The position numbers and the translations under genes were made by a program. This document shows, piece after piece, positions 1 through 7,530 of a DNA stretch of 43,983 nt; the stretch's first letter is position 1, and every line of letters starts with the position of its first letter. This DNA is from Candidatus Moranbacteria bacterium GW2011_GWE1_49_15 (GTDB lineage: Bacteria > Patescibacteriota > Minisyncoccia > Moranbacterales > GWC2-37-73). Where the stretch lies: positions 3,681-47,663 of the forward strand of contig LCPX01000011.1 in assembly GCA_001003855.1 (NCBI GenBank). Reading direction: 5' to 3'. Below the pieces are notes generated by a model. That model searched no databases. It was not told where the DNA came from and worked only from the letters and a program-made list of their open reading frames with translations.

Positions 1-216
1 AGGGCGGAGGAATTTCCTACGCCGTCCTGCAAAACCGCGATTTCGGCAACCTGATCGGAAACTTCGGGAGGGTGAGCAGTGCCGAGCTTGCGATCGCTTC
101 GGCAAACCGCGCCACGAACAAGTCGACCAAATCGGCATCCGCCGAACGGAGGATAGGTAGCCGGGACATTGTCCTGGCCTGAACCTTCACCGATCCCACC
201 CAAGCCTGAACGAAGA

Positions 217-256
217 AGACCCCTGGAGAAAACTCTCTCCCGGGGTCTTTTAAATT
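217..256. terminator. Hairpin downstream of engB
   Basis: agacccc (217-223) pairs with ggggtct (242-248), with inner ggaga/tctcc pairing. It is followed by tttaaatttt and lies about 20 nt beyond the engB stop at 271. Confidence 0.5.
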
Positions 257-270
257 TTCCGAAATAAATC

Positions 271-843
271 TTATCCGAACAATTCTTCCAAAATCATTTC
301 TTTCCCCTTCCCCGTCTTGGCCGAATAAAAAAATATCTTATGGTTGGAAAATTTCCCTTCCAAAATCTTGGCCATCTTCGCCATCTCCTTTTGATTGAGT
401 TTATCGGCCTTGTTGGCGACCACGATGAAATCATGCCCGCTTGAAACGAGCAGGTCCGCCATCTGAAGATCGAACTCCTTGGGTCCTGCCTGCGCGTCCA
501 AGATCAGCACCGCTTTTTTCAGGTTGGCTTCGGACCTTTCCAAGTACCACATGATCATCTTGCGCATCTTCTCCGCGTGGCTGGCCGAGAGCTTGGCATA
601 ACCGTATCCCGGAAGATCGACGAAATAAACTTTCTCGTCTATCAGGAAAAAGTTGATTTCTTTGGTTCGGCCCGGAGTGGAACTGGATTTGACCAGATTC
701 CTCATCCCGACCAAAGAATTGATCATGGAGGATTTACCCACATTGGACCTGCCCACGAAAGCGATTTGGGGTATTTTTTCCAAAAGGATCGGGTCCGTGC
801 CCACGATGCCTTTGATAAATTGTGCCGATTTTATTGGTTCCAT
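271..843 (-). CDS. engB: Ribosome-biogenesis GTPase EngB/YsxC
   Basis: The G1 motif GRSNVGKSS, DLPGYG and NKADK match EngB. I chose the internal ATG at 843 (MEPIKSAQFIK...) because the 36-aa upstream extension of the 271..951 ORF is not EngB-like. Confidence 0.9.
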   Translation of the reverse strand: MEPIKSAQFIKGIVGTDPILLEKIPQIAFVGRSNVGKSSMINSLVGMRNLVKSSSTPGRTKEINFFLIDEKVYFVDLPGYGYAKLSASHAEKMRKMIMWYLERSEANLKKAVLILDAQAGPKEFDLQMADLLVSSGHDFIVVANKADKLNQKEMAKMAKILEGKFSNHKIFFYSAKTGKGKEMILEELFG

Positions 844-944
844 ATGGGAAGCATACGTAAAAAACGAAATTAGGGCAAGTTTATTCACCTTATTTGCAAG
901 AAATTGCAACCACAATACCCTTCGAAAACCACCCATGAAAATCC

Positions 945-973
945 TGGACAAATATCAAATTATATGCTATAAT
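945..973 (+). promoter_or_regulatory. Sigma70-type promoter with extended -10 for the 1029-2039 cassette
   Basis: TGGACA (945-950), a 17-nt spacer, then TGcTATAAT with the -10 hexamer at 968-973. It sits about 55 nt upstream of the TTG start at 1029. Confidence 0.55.
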
Positions 974-1028
974 CTTAAGAATACGAAAATAGCCCTTTGA
1001 CAATAAACCATAGGAAAGGAGTCCGGAC

Positions 1029-1358
1029 TTGGACAAGAAATTCAGAAAAGGCGATTGGAAAAAACTGGAAAAAATCAAAGGTGAAATCGGCATAATCTTC
1101 CAGCCGGCAAAAGGCTCATGCCCTAAGCATTTCCTGCTTTATGTCATGACGCTCCTAGGACCGGTGGCGCTAGTGGAGGCGCACCTGTTCGGAGAAAAAC
1201 CCCTACCCCTCTGGAGTGAACTCCTGCAAAGGGAAATCCACCGCTTCGATGACTCCGTGAATGTGACCATCTTCGGTTATCTGGAAGAACAACAACCTAT
1301 TGAGAAAAAGGGCAACCTATATCAATTCCCTAGCAAAAAAGGAGGAGAGCGAAAATGA
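1029..1358 (+). CDS. Hypothetical protein (109 aa)
   Basis: TTG start preceded by AGGAAAGGAG 7 nt upstream. The stop overlaps the next start (ATGA at 1355-1358). I recognise no domain. Confidence 0.55.
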   Translation: MDKKFRKGDWKKLEKIKGEIGIIFQPAKGSCPKHFLLYVMTLLGPVALVEAHLFGEKPLPLWSELLQREIHRFDDSVNVTIFGYLEEQQPIEKKGNLYQFPSKKGGERK

Positions 1359-1612
1359 GAATAGGTGCGGTCAAAACAATCGCTGAAATTCCGGACAACG
1401 CCGTTTTCCGGGTTCCTCCCAAACACATGGGAGGACTCGCCTGGTACGAGGAGCTCTGGATGAAGGATGCGTCCAGACCGAACGGGGTCAAAAACGTGAC
1501 CCTCGTAGACGGAAAATTCGTCGAACGGGAGGTAGTCTGTTCGCGGACTTGCGAGCCCGTGACCTCCATGCAATACAACCTGCCAGTCGTGCTGGTGGCG
1601 CTTCGGAACTGA
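1355..1612 (+). CDS. Hypothetical protein (85 aa)
   Basis: GGAGGAG lies upstream of the ATG, which overlaps the previous stop by 4 nt. A strong terminator follows at 1637-1672. Confidence 0.55.
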   Translation: MRIGAVKTIAEIPDNAVFRVPPKHMGGLAWYEELWMKDASRPNGVKNVTLVDGKFVEREVVCSRTCEPVTSMQYNLPVVLVALRN

Positions 1613-1636
1613 ACCTTTCCGCTTCAGAAAAATAGA

Positions 1637-1672
1637 GCCCCAAGCTGAACAGCTTGGGGCTTTTTCTTTTTT
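1637..1672 (+). terminator. Rho-independent terminator
   Basis: gccccaagct / gaac / agcttggggc forms a perfect 10-bp stem, followed by tttttctttttt. Confidence 0.85.
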
Positions 1673-1742
1673 CCGGAATTCAACACCCCGACCGGTTGTA
1701 TCAAAAACATAAGGATCGCCGCAGAAAAGGAGGTGTTGGCGG

Positions 1743-2039
1743 ATGTCGAAATACACCGCGATCAGAGCTCTTCTGAAAATGTCCCGGGTGATGGAAAGAC
1801 CGACCATGCCGACGATCGGGATTGTCGCAGTTGACGGAAGGATTTTCTCCATAGTCGAACCCATTCCGGGAACCGTGCGCTGGAGACAAAACGGACATGG
1901 ACTGGAAGGCATAGCCTTCGAAGCCTATGCCGACGGAAACGGGCTCTATGTCTTCTCCATAGGCGAACCTCCCGATTATGACGAGGGTTTCCATTCCATA
2001 GCCGTTCCGATCCAAGTCCAGTCCCTTTTAGTTCATTGA
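1743..2039 (+). CDS. Hypothetical protein (98 aa)
   Basis: AAAGGAGG lies 9 nt upstream of the ATG, and a terminator follows at 2068-2092. I recognise no domain. Confidence 0.5.
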   Translation: MSKYTAIRALLKMSRVMERPTMPTIGIVAVDGRIFSIVEPIPGTVRWRQNGHGLEGIAFEAYADGNGLYVFSIGEPPDYDEGFHSIAVPIQVQSLLVH

Positions 2040-2067
2040 GTGGGCGCTACGAAAAAATATGCCGCTC

Positions 2068-2092
2068 AGACAGGCTCCGCCTGTCTTTTTTT
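2068..2092 (+). terminator. Rho-independent terminator
   Basis: agacagg / ctccg / cctgtct followed by tttttt. It sits between the convergent genes 1743..2039 (+) and 2096..3103 (-). Confidence 0.7.
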
Positions 2093-2095
2093 ATC

Positions 2096-3103
2096 TCAGC
2101 CGGCTCCCCCTACCGTATTTATGGCGACGCCTTCGGAAAACGCCCTGAGATTCTCAGCCGTAGTGTTAAGGATCCTTTCCAAGGCTTCCTGCGAATAGAA
2201 GGCGATGTGCGGAGTGAAGACCACGTTATCTCTCTTGAGGATCTGCTCGTTGCGCACCAGTTCGCGCAGCTTGTCGTTGTCCTCCTTGTAATAGAGCATT
2301 TGCTTCTCGTCCAAAAGGAGCTCCTCCCCCTCCAAAACGTCCAGTGCGGCTCCTCCGATATACCCCTCGTCCAAGGCGTCGAAAAGCGCGTCCGTGTCCA
2401 CCACTCCCCCGCGCGCCGTATTGATCAGCAGCGCGCCTTTTTTCATCTTCATGATATTTTCCTTGTTGATCAGGTGGTGCGTGTTCTTGTTGTACGGAAC
2501 GTGGAGTGAGACTATATCGGAAGTGGCCAGTACCTCATCCAAGGGGGCGTATTCGAAATGCAAAACTTCGGAAAGGAAGTTGTCGGTCTGGACGTCGAAA
2601 GCTTTGACATGCATGCCGAAACCTTTCGCCATGCGTATCACATGGAGTCCGATTTTTCCCGTCCCGATGACTCCGAGCGTCTTGTCCTTGAGGTCGAATC
2701 CCTTGAGACCTTCGATGGAAAAATCCCCTCCGCTCGTGCGAAGGTATGATTTATGGACGTTTCTTGAAAGCGCCAAAATCAGGGCGAAGGTGTGCTCCGC
2801 CACCGTATTCTCCCCGTAATGCGGGACATTGGCCACCCCGATTCCCTTCTCCTTGCAATGCTCGACATCGATATGGTCGAAACCGGTGGACTGCGTCGCG
2901 ATGAATTTCAGTTTAGGCAATCGCTCGATTGTTTCCTTTTTGACTTTGGAATAAATGAAAACTGAAATCGCCTCGGCGTCCTTGGCCTTTTCGACGTTTT
3001 CTTCGGAAAGGGGCTCTTCGAAAAAAATGATTTCGTGATCCGGCAATCCGTCCCTGAGGAATTCCTGTTTCCACTTCTGCACTTCGAATATAGCTATCTT
3101 CAT
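2096..3103 (-). CDS. D-isomer-specific 2-hydroxyacid dehydrogenase (D-lactate dehydrogenase-like), NAD-binding
   Basis: 335 aa with the Rossmann motif GVIGTGKIGLHV. Family-typical segments include TGFDHIDV, LINTARGGVVD and TPHIAFYS. Confidence 0.9.
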   Translation of the reverse strand: MKIAIFEVQKWKQEFLRDGLPDHEIIFFEEPLSEENVEKAKDAEAISVFIYSKVKKETIERLPKLKFIATQSTGFDHIDVEHCKEKGIGVANVPHYGENTVAEHTFALILALSRNVHKSYLRTSGGDFSIEGLKGFDLKDKTLGVIGTGKIGLHVIRMAKGFGMHVKAFDVQTDNFLSEVLHFEYAPLDEVLATSDIVSLHVPYNKNTHHLINKENIMKMKKGALLINTARGGVVDTDALFDALDEGYIGGAALDVLEGEELLLDEKQMLYYKEDNDKLRELVRNEQILKRDNVVFTPHIAFYSQEALERILNTTAENLRAFSEGVAINTVGGAG

Positions 3104-3121
3104 TTTTTTGTCGTTAATATC

Positions 3122-3214
3122 TTAAGACTCACGCGTTTGCTCTTGCTCGAACGAGCCTCTGTGCGTATTGACGCAAATACTCATTCTTACTGCGATCAAA
3201 AGCGTAAGTCTTAA
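3122..3214. repeat. MITE-like palindromic element, copy A (93 nt)
   Basis: The terminal inverted repeats ttaagactcacgcgtttg / caaaagcgtaagtcttaa are TA-bracketed. The reverse complement aligns along both arms with 42589-42705. It lies 18 nt upstream of the start codon at 3103. Confidence 0.65.
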
Positions 3215-3216
3215 TA

Positions 3217-3225
3217 ATTATACCA
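3217..3225 (-). promoter_or_regulatory. Extended -10 promoter element (TGGTATAAT on the minus strand)
   Basis: The plus strand reads attatacca. The same 9-mer recurs upstream of two other minus-strand genes (17446-17454 and 31915-31923). The predicted TSS falls at the edge of element copy A. Confidence 0.4.
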
Positions 3226-3235
3226 GTTTTCCCCG

Positions 3236-3267
3236 CAACAAAAAACCCCCGCCTAGGCGGGGGTTTT
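3236..3267 (-). terminator. Rho-independent terminator of the RRM gene
   Basis: aaaacccccgcc / tag / ggcgggggtttt, with a T-run on the minus strand. It lies 24 nt after the stop at 3291. Confidence 0.85.
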
Positions 3268-3290
3268 CATATTTCAAAAGAGTGTCCTAC

Positions 3291-3581
3291 TTAGTATCTG
3301 CTTCCACCGTTGAAATCCCTTTTAGGTCTCTCTTCGAGCGGCCTAGCTTCGTTTACCGTAAGGGTCCTTCCTTCGAACTCTTTTCCATGGAACATGTCGA
3401 TAGCCTTCTGAGCTTCCTCATCAGAGCTCATTTCCACGAATCCGAATCCTTTGGATCTTCCGCTCATTTTGTCAGTGATAATGTTCGCTGACTCGACTGT
3501 TCCGGCCTGGGAGAAATGCTCCTTAAGCGCGTCTTCAGTCGTGGCGTATGGAAGTCCTCCGACGTATAGTTTCTTTGCCAT
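3291..3581 (-). CDS. RNA-binding protein with an RRM domain
   Basis: 96 aa with RNP-2 LYVGGL and RNP-1 KGFGFVEM. Confidence 0.92.
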   Translation of the reverse strand: MAKKLYVGGLPYATTEDALKEHFSQAGTVESANIITDKMSGRSKGFGFVEMSSDEEAQKAIDMFHGKEFEGRTLTVNEARPLEERPKRDFNGGSRY

Positions 3582-3691
3582 TTTTTTCGTCTTATTGTTC
3601 TAATTAACTTTGTAAGGCGACCTCTCTACTTCGCCGCTCTTTCTCCTCACAAAACGAAGGGAAAACTAACGAAACACTTACAAGCAACTCC

Positions 3692-3720
3692 AGGATAGCA
3701 TATTTGGGCTCCATAGTCAA
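3692..3720 (-). promoter_or_regulatory. Candidate promoter of the RRM gene, giving a long 5' UTR
   Basis: On the minus strand: TTGACT (3715-3720), a 17-nt spacer, then TGcTATCCT (-10 at 3692-3697). This implies a leader of about 100 nt. Confidence 0.4.
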
Positions 3721-3733
3721 TCCCGCAGTATAT

Positions 3734-4243
3734 TTAAGCGGTTTGTGCCGCGATTCCCTGTCCCATCTCCCCGATCTCGCTCTTGTAACGGTCCGCCACG
3801 GTTTTCAGATGATTCTCCGTGCTGTAGCGGAGCGCCAAAAGCAAAATCTCCAATTCCACGCTGTCCCCCTTGAAAACGTCGAAAAACCTCTTCTCGATCA
3901 TTGTCTGCTCCATCTTCACGGCGTTCCGCAGGGCGTCGACGAGCGATATCTCCTTTTCAGCTTCGAATATCTGGAGCTGGACATTCTTATAAAAATCCTC
4001 CAACAAATCCTTATTGAACCTGTGCTCTCCGAATTGCACCGTCCCGTCTTCTATCTTCTTCCTCAAGGTCCTTACCCAAGCTCCGTGCCCTAATTCGTCC
4101 TCGGTAAGCTCATCCCAAAATTTCTTCATGAAGGTGAATTTCTCCCCGTAAAGGGCGTAGAGTTCGCTCAATTTGTCTTCGTTTTTGGCAAGCTGGTCGG
4201 CGATATAAAACTGGTATTCCCTCTCGTCCATGGCATTTTTCAT
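3734..4243 (-). CDS. Hypothetical helical protein, possibly ferritin/rubrerythrin-like
   Basis: 169 aa, predicted all-helical, with ELGH (ExxH-like) and conserved Glu residues. The functional assignment is weak. Confidence 0.6.
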   Translation of the reverse strand: MKNAMDEREYQFYIADQLAKNEDKLSELYALYGEKFTFMKKFWDELTEDELGHGAWVRTLRKKIEDGTVQFGEHRFNKDLLEDFYKNVQLQIFEAEKEISLVDALRNAVKMEQTMIEKRFFDVFKGDSVELEILLLALRYSTENHLKTVADRYKSEIGEMGQGIAAQTA

Positions 4244-4309
4244 AATGATTATTACGCCTATATTATACCCCTTATGGGATCAAAATGAAACAGGGACAGC
4301 GCTGGGGGC

Positions 4310-5566
4310 TTAAAACCCTCTGAAGGAATTCTCGCCTGCCGCATAACCGGTACTCCAACAAGCCAAAAGATTGTATCCCCCGGTAGGCCCATCGACGTCC
4401 AGAACCTCCCCGGCAAAGAAAAGGTTGTCGATTTTTTTCGAGCGCATCGTTTTGGAATCCACCTCCTTGGTCGAGATTCCTCCGCTCGTCACCATGGCCC
4501 GATCGAATCCGAACAATTCCTTGACCGGAACTTCCAATCCCTTGATCAGAAAAACTATTTTCCTTCTTTCTTCCCTGCTGACTTTGGCGGCATGCTTTTC
4601 CGTGTCTATTTTTGAAAGCTTGAGCACCGCATCGCGGACTTTCTCGGAAAAAAGATCCCCTAGGCAGTTCGCCAGTTTCTTGCCCGCGTTCCTTTCCAGA
4701 TCGGCCCTGACGACCTCGTCCAATTTTTCAGCATCCATGTGCGGCTTGAGGTCCACTTTCAAAACCACGTCCCCGCTTTTCAAAAGATCCCTAATTTTCC
4801 CGCTGATGTTGAGCACCATCGGACCGCTCAACCCGAAATGAGCGACCAGCATTTCCCCCTGGCTTTCGAAAATTTTCTTGCCGTCCTGGTAGGCTCCAAC
4901 TTTGGCGTCAGAGAGGCTCACCCCTTGAAGGTCGGCCAGCCATTCGGCTTCCGATTTCACCGGTACGAGCGACGGCTCGGGATCCGCAACGGTATGCCCT
5001 ATTTTTTCAGCCCACCCATAGCCCTGCCCCGTGGAGCCGGAATGCGGATAGGATTTCCCTCCGGTGGCGATGATGTAGTTTTGAGCCACGACTTCCCTTC
5101 CGTCTTTCAAGACAAGTTTTTCAATGACGCTTCCCGAAAATCCGATTTCGGCAACCTCGCTTTCCATGAAAAAATTGACCCCGTTTTCCAAAAGCCTTTT
5201 CCTCAGCGTCCCGACCACGTCGGAAGCCTTTTCCGATTTGGGAAACACGCGTCCGTTTTTTTCCACCTTAAGACCCACTCCCAACCTTTCGAAATATCTG
5301 GAAAATTCTTCCGGCCCGAACTTGCGCAGAGCAGGAAGAAGGAATCTTCCGTTCTTATAAGATTGCGCCAACTTTTTCAGATCGCTCTCGGCCTGGGAAA
5401 TATTGCATCTTCCTCCCCCGGTCATCAGCAGTTTCGTGCCGAAAAAGTCTTTCTTCTCGACCAGGACCACCCGCGCCCCTTTTTCGGCCGCGCGCAAAGC
5501 CGCCATCATCCCCGCTGGCCCGCCGCCGACCACGGCAACGTCGAATTCGAATTTATTTTTTTCCAT
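4310..5566 (-). CDS. FAD-dependent oxidoreductase, HI0933/YhiN (BaiN-like) family
   Basis: 418 aa with the N-terminal dinucleotide motif VAVVGGGPAGMMAA. It also has C-terminal FFAGEVLDVDGPTGGYNL, typical of the family. Confidence 0.88.
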   Translation of the reverse strand: MEKNKFEFDVAVVGGGPAGMMAALRAAEKGARVVLVEKKDFFGTKLLMTGGGRCNISQAESDLKKLAQSYKNGRFLLPALRKFGPEEFSRYFERLGVGLKVEKNGRVFPKSEKASDVVGTLRKRLLENGVNFFMESEVAEIGFSGSVIEKLVLKDGREVVAQNYIIATGGKSYPHSGSTGQGYGWAEKIGHTVADPEPSLVPVKSEAEWLADLQGVSLSDAKVGAYQDGKKIFESQGEMLVAHFGLSGPMVLNISGKIRDLLKSGDVVLKVDLKPHMDAEKLDEVVRADLERNAGKKLANCLGDLFSEKVRDAVLKLSKIDTEKHAAKVSREERRKIVFLIKGLEVPVKELFGFDRAMVTSGGISTKEVDSKTMRSKKIDNLFFAGEVLDVDGPTGGYNLLACWSTGYAAGENSFRGF

Positions 5567-5638
5567 GATATCCGATAACCTTAATTTCTTATATGTCTAA
5601 AAATACTACACCAAACGGGCCGCGCTGTCCAAAGAAAA

Positions 5639-5680
5639 GATAAAATCCGTTCTCCGCCAACCGGCGGAACGGATTTTATC
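5639..5680 (-). other. Orphan 18-bp hairpin (terminator-like) with no annotated gene upstream
   Basis: gataaaatccgt..tccgcc / aacc / ggcgga.acggattttatc. On the minus strand it is followed directly by ttttctttgg. Confidence 0.45.
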
Positions 5681-6032
5681 TTCACCCTTTTTTTCTCCAG
5701 CCGAACCCCCTTGCGGCGCAGTACCCATGCCTCAGGATACCAATATCTTCGCAAGAACTAAGACAAAAGTGATAACCATGATTCTCGCTTTCATAATTAC
5801 TTTTGTTTTAATTTTTACATGCACTATTAAATACCACGCAAAAAAATCTTTATTTCAATTTTTTAGCCCAACCCCTTTACATCCGGATAAAAGTATGGCA
5901 AGATAATAGGAATGGAAAATTTTAAATTATAAATTTGAAATTTTAAGTGAATTTTAAATGTTTCAATTTCTATTGATTAAAAATTCAGATTTGATTTAAA
6001 ATTTAAAATTAAAAATTGTAAATTTAGCTAAT

Positions 6033-7001
6033 ATGCTCATAGATGATGTAAAACTTAAGATAACGGCAGGAAAAGGGGGCACCGGAGCCGTCAATTTCAA
6101 CAAGAATATGATGATGCTCGGACCGACCGGCGGAAGCGGAGGAGACGGCGGAAGCGTCTTTGTCGAGGGGATTTCCGATCTGGGCGCCCTGGGACAATTC
6201 CGCTTCAAAAAAGAAATCCGCGCCGATGACGGAAAGGACGGGCGCGGGCAATTCCGCGACGGATCCGACGGACCGGAGCTCGTGCTACAAGTCCCCGTAG
6301 GCACGGTCCTCCATAATCTCACCAAAAACGAAACCCATGAAATAACGTCTGTGGGACAAAAGGTGCTTTTGGCCAAAGGAGGAAACGGCGGCAAGGGCAA
6401 TTTCCTTTTCAGATCCGCACGTAACACCTCCCCCGAACAATTCCAAGAGGGTCTTCCCGGCGAAAGCTTCGATTTCCGCTTGGAGCTAAAAATGATCGCG
6501 GACGTCGGTTTCGTGGGTCTTCCCAACGTGGGAAAATCCAGCTTGCTTAACGAACTGACCAACGCCAGCGCCAAAGTCGCCAACTACCGCTTCACTACCT
6601 TGGAGCCCAATCTGGGAGTGCACTACGGCCTGATTTTGGCCGACATCCCGGGCCTCATCGAAGGAGCCTCGGAAGGCAAAGGATTGGGACACAAATTCCT
6701 CAAACACATCGAGAGGACCAAAGTGCTTTTCCATTTCCTTGCGGCCGATTCGGAAAACCCATTGGAGGATTATGAAACCATCCGGGCCGAGCTAGGCGCG
6801 CACAACAGCGAGCTCCTGGGAAAACCTGAACATATCCTGATAAGCAGGGCCGACACGGTTTCCCCGGAAGAGCTCAAGAAAAAAATAAAATCCCTAAAAA
6901 AACTCAAAAAGGAAATAACCCCCATCTCCATCCTGGACGACGAGAGTCTGAAGCAAGTGAAGAAGATTTTGAATAAGATCGCGGACGAAAAAACGGCGTA
7001 A
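6033..7001 (+). CDS. obg: GTPase Obg/CgtA (short form)
   Basis: It has the N-terminal Obg fold (FIDxVKIxVxAGxGGxG-like: LIDDVKLKITAGKGGTGAV) with Gly-rich repeats. The G domain shows GLPNVGKSS and DIPGLIEGA. Confidence 0.95.
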   Translation: MLIDDVKLKITAGKGGTGAVNFNKNMMMLGPTGGSGGDGGSVFVEGISDLGALGQFRFKKEIRADDGKDGRGQFRDGSDGPELVLQVPVGTVLHNLTKNETHEITSVGQKVLLAKGGNGGKGNFLFRSARNTSPEQFQEGLPGESFDFRLELKMIADVGFVGLPNVGKSSLLNELTNASAKVANYRFTTLEPNLGVHYGLILADIPGLIEGASEGKGLGHKFLKHIERTKVLFHFLAADSENPLEDYETIRAELGAHNSELLGKPEHILISRADTVSPEELKKKIKSLKKLKKEITPISILDDESLKQVKKILNKIADEKTA

Positions 7002-7012
7002 GCCGTTTTTTT
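6990..7012 (+). terminator. Rho-independent terminator of obg
   Basis: aaacggc / gtaa / gccgttt followed by ttttt. The stop codon TAA (6999-7001) lies in the loop. Confidence 0.8.
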
Positions 7013-7013
7013 A

Positions 7014-7054
7014 AATTTACATTTTTCAATTTTCAATTCACAATAAATTTTCAA
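7014..7054. repeat. Left inverted repeat flanking the four-helix-bundle gene
   Basis: 7033-7054 (tcaattcacaataaattttcaa) is the exact reverse complement of 7452-7473. 7014-7024 is the reverse complement of 7475-7485. Confidence 0.75.
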
Positions 7055-7082
7055 CTTCCAATTTTAAAAGCGATCTTTTTAT

Positions 7083-7448
7083 TTATTGAACCTTATTTAA
7101 GGAATTTATTATTTTTTGAAAAATAAAAATAAACTCCTGGCATTCCTGGATGAGATTGCCTATCTCGCTCTCTTTAATTAAACTCGATTTCTTCAACAAC
7201 CGTAACCAGTATTTGGTTTCTTGGGATTCTTTTTTGCAGATAAATATTTTGTTTTTAAAATCCTTTCTAGAGCAAGCATTGTTGGCTTCGCAATAATTAG
7301 CCCCGACACTGGTTCCTGAGCGCATCAATTGGTTTATTATGGGCCTTGTTATGATATTTTTTTCAATACTCCTACAAAGATCTATTATGTTTTCACTAAA
7401 AACGGATGTTCTTTCTTCCAAATCATAATTTTTTGTTTTATCATTCAT
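7083..7448 (-). CDS. Four-helix-bundle protein (23S rRNA intervening-sequence protein family)
   Basis: 121 aa with family-typical GANYCEA, KDFxxKIxICxKExxET.YWLxLL. GC content is visibly low. Confidence 0.9.
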   Translation of the reverse strand: MNDKTKNYDLEERTSVFSENIIDLCRSIEKNIITRPIINQLMRSGTSVGANYCEANNACSRKDFKNKIFICKKESQETKYWLRLLKKSSLIKESEIGNLIQECQEFIFIFQKIINSLNKVQ

Positions 7449-7451
7449 ATT

Positions 7452-7484
7452 TTGAAAATTTATTGTGAATTGATAAATGTAAAT
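7452..7484. repeat. Right inverted repeat flanking the four-helix-bundle gene
   Basis: See 7014-7054. There is a 22-nt perfect and an 11-nt second matching block, separated by a short indel. Confidence 0.75.
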
Positions 7485-7493
7485 TAATCAATA

Positions 7494-7528
7494 TAAAAAA
7501 ACAGGCTCATAAAGAGCCTGTTTTTTTA
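7494..7528. terminator. Bidirectional rho-independent terminator (serves the giant gene)
   Basis: An A-run, then acaggctc / ataaa / gagcctgt, then a T-run. It lies 3 nt after the stop at 7531. Confidence 0.85.
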
Positions 7529-7530
7529 TT

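Noticed and set aside
1-199. GC-rich window edge with open frames on both strands. The plus frame 3 ends at TGA 180-182, and the minus ORF is 17..199 (60 aa).
   Set aside because: Neither peptide matches anything I recognise and both frames have high GC3. I checked by eye for RNase P and tmRNA (tag-like ...DIVLA, but no T-arm) and found no support. The region is left unannotated as unresolved.
1322-2015. Minus-strand ORFs 1322..1912 (196 aa) and 1701..2015 (104 aa).
   Set aside because: They span the perfect terminator hairpin at 1637-1672 and lack ribosome-binding sites. The plus-strand ORFs have Shine-Dalgarno sequences, a coupled stop/start and terminators.
5778-5867. 29-codon hydrophobic plus-strand ORF (MILAFIITFVLIFTCTIKYHAKKSLFQFF), considered as a possible small membrane peptide or type I toxin.
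   Set aside because: It has no Shine-Dalgarno, no recognisable promoter or antisense partner, and lies in an AT-rich region where such ORFs arise by chance.
5996-6583. 195-aa minus-strand ORF overlapping obg.
   Set aside because: It is antisense to a clearly recognisable Obg coding frame. It is Pro/Ser-rich with no independent signals.
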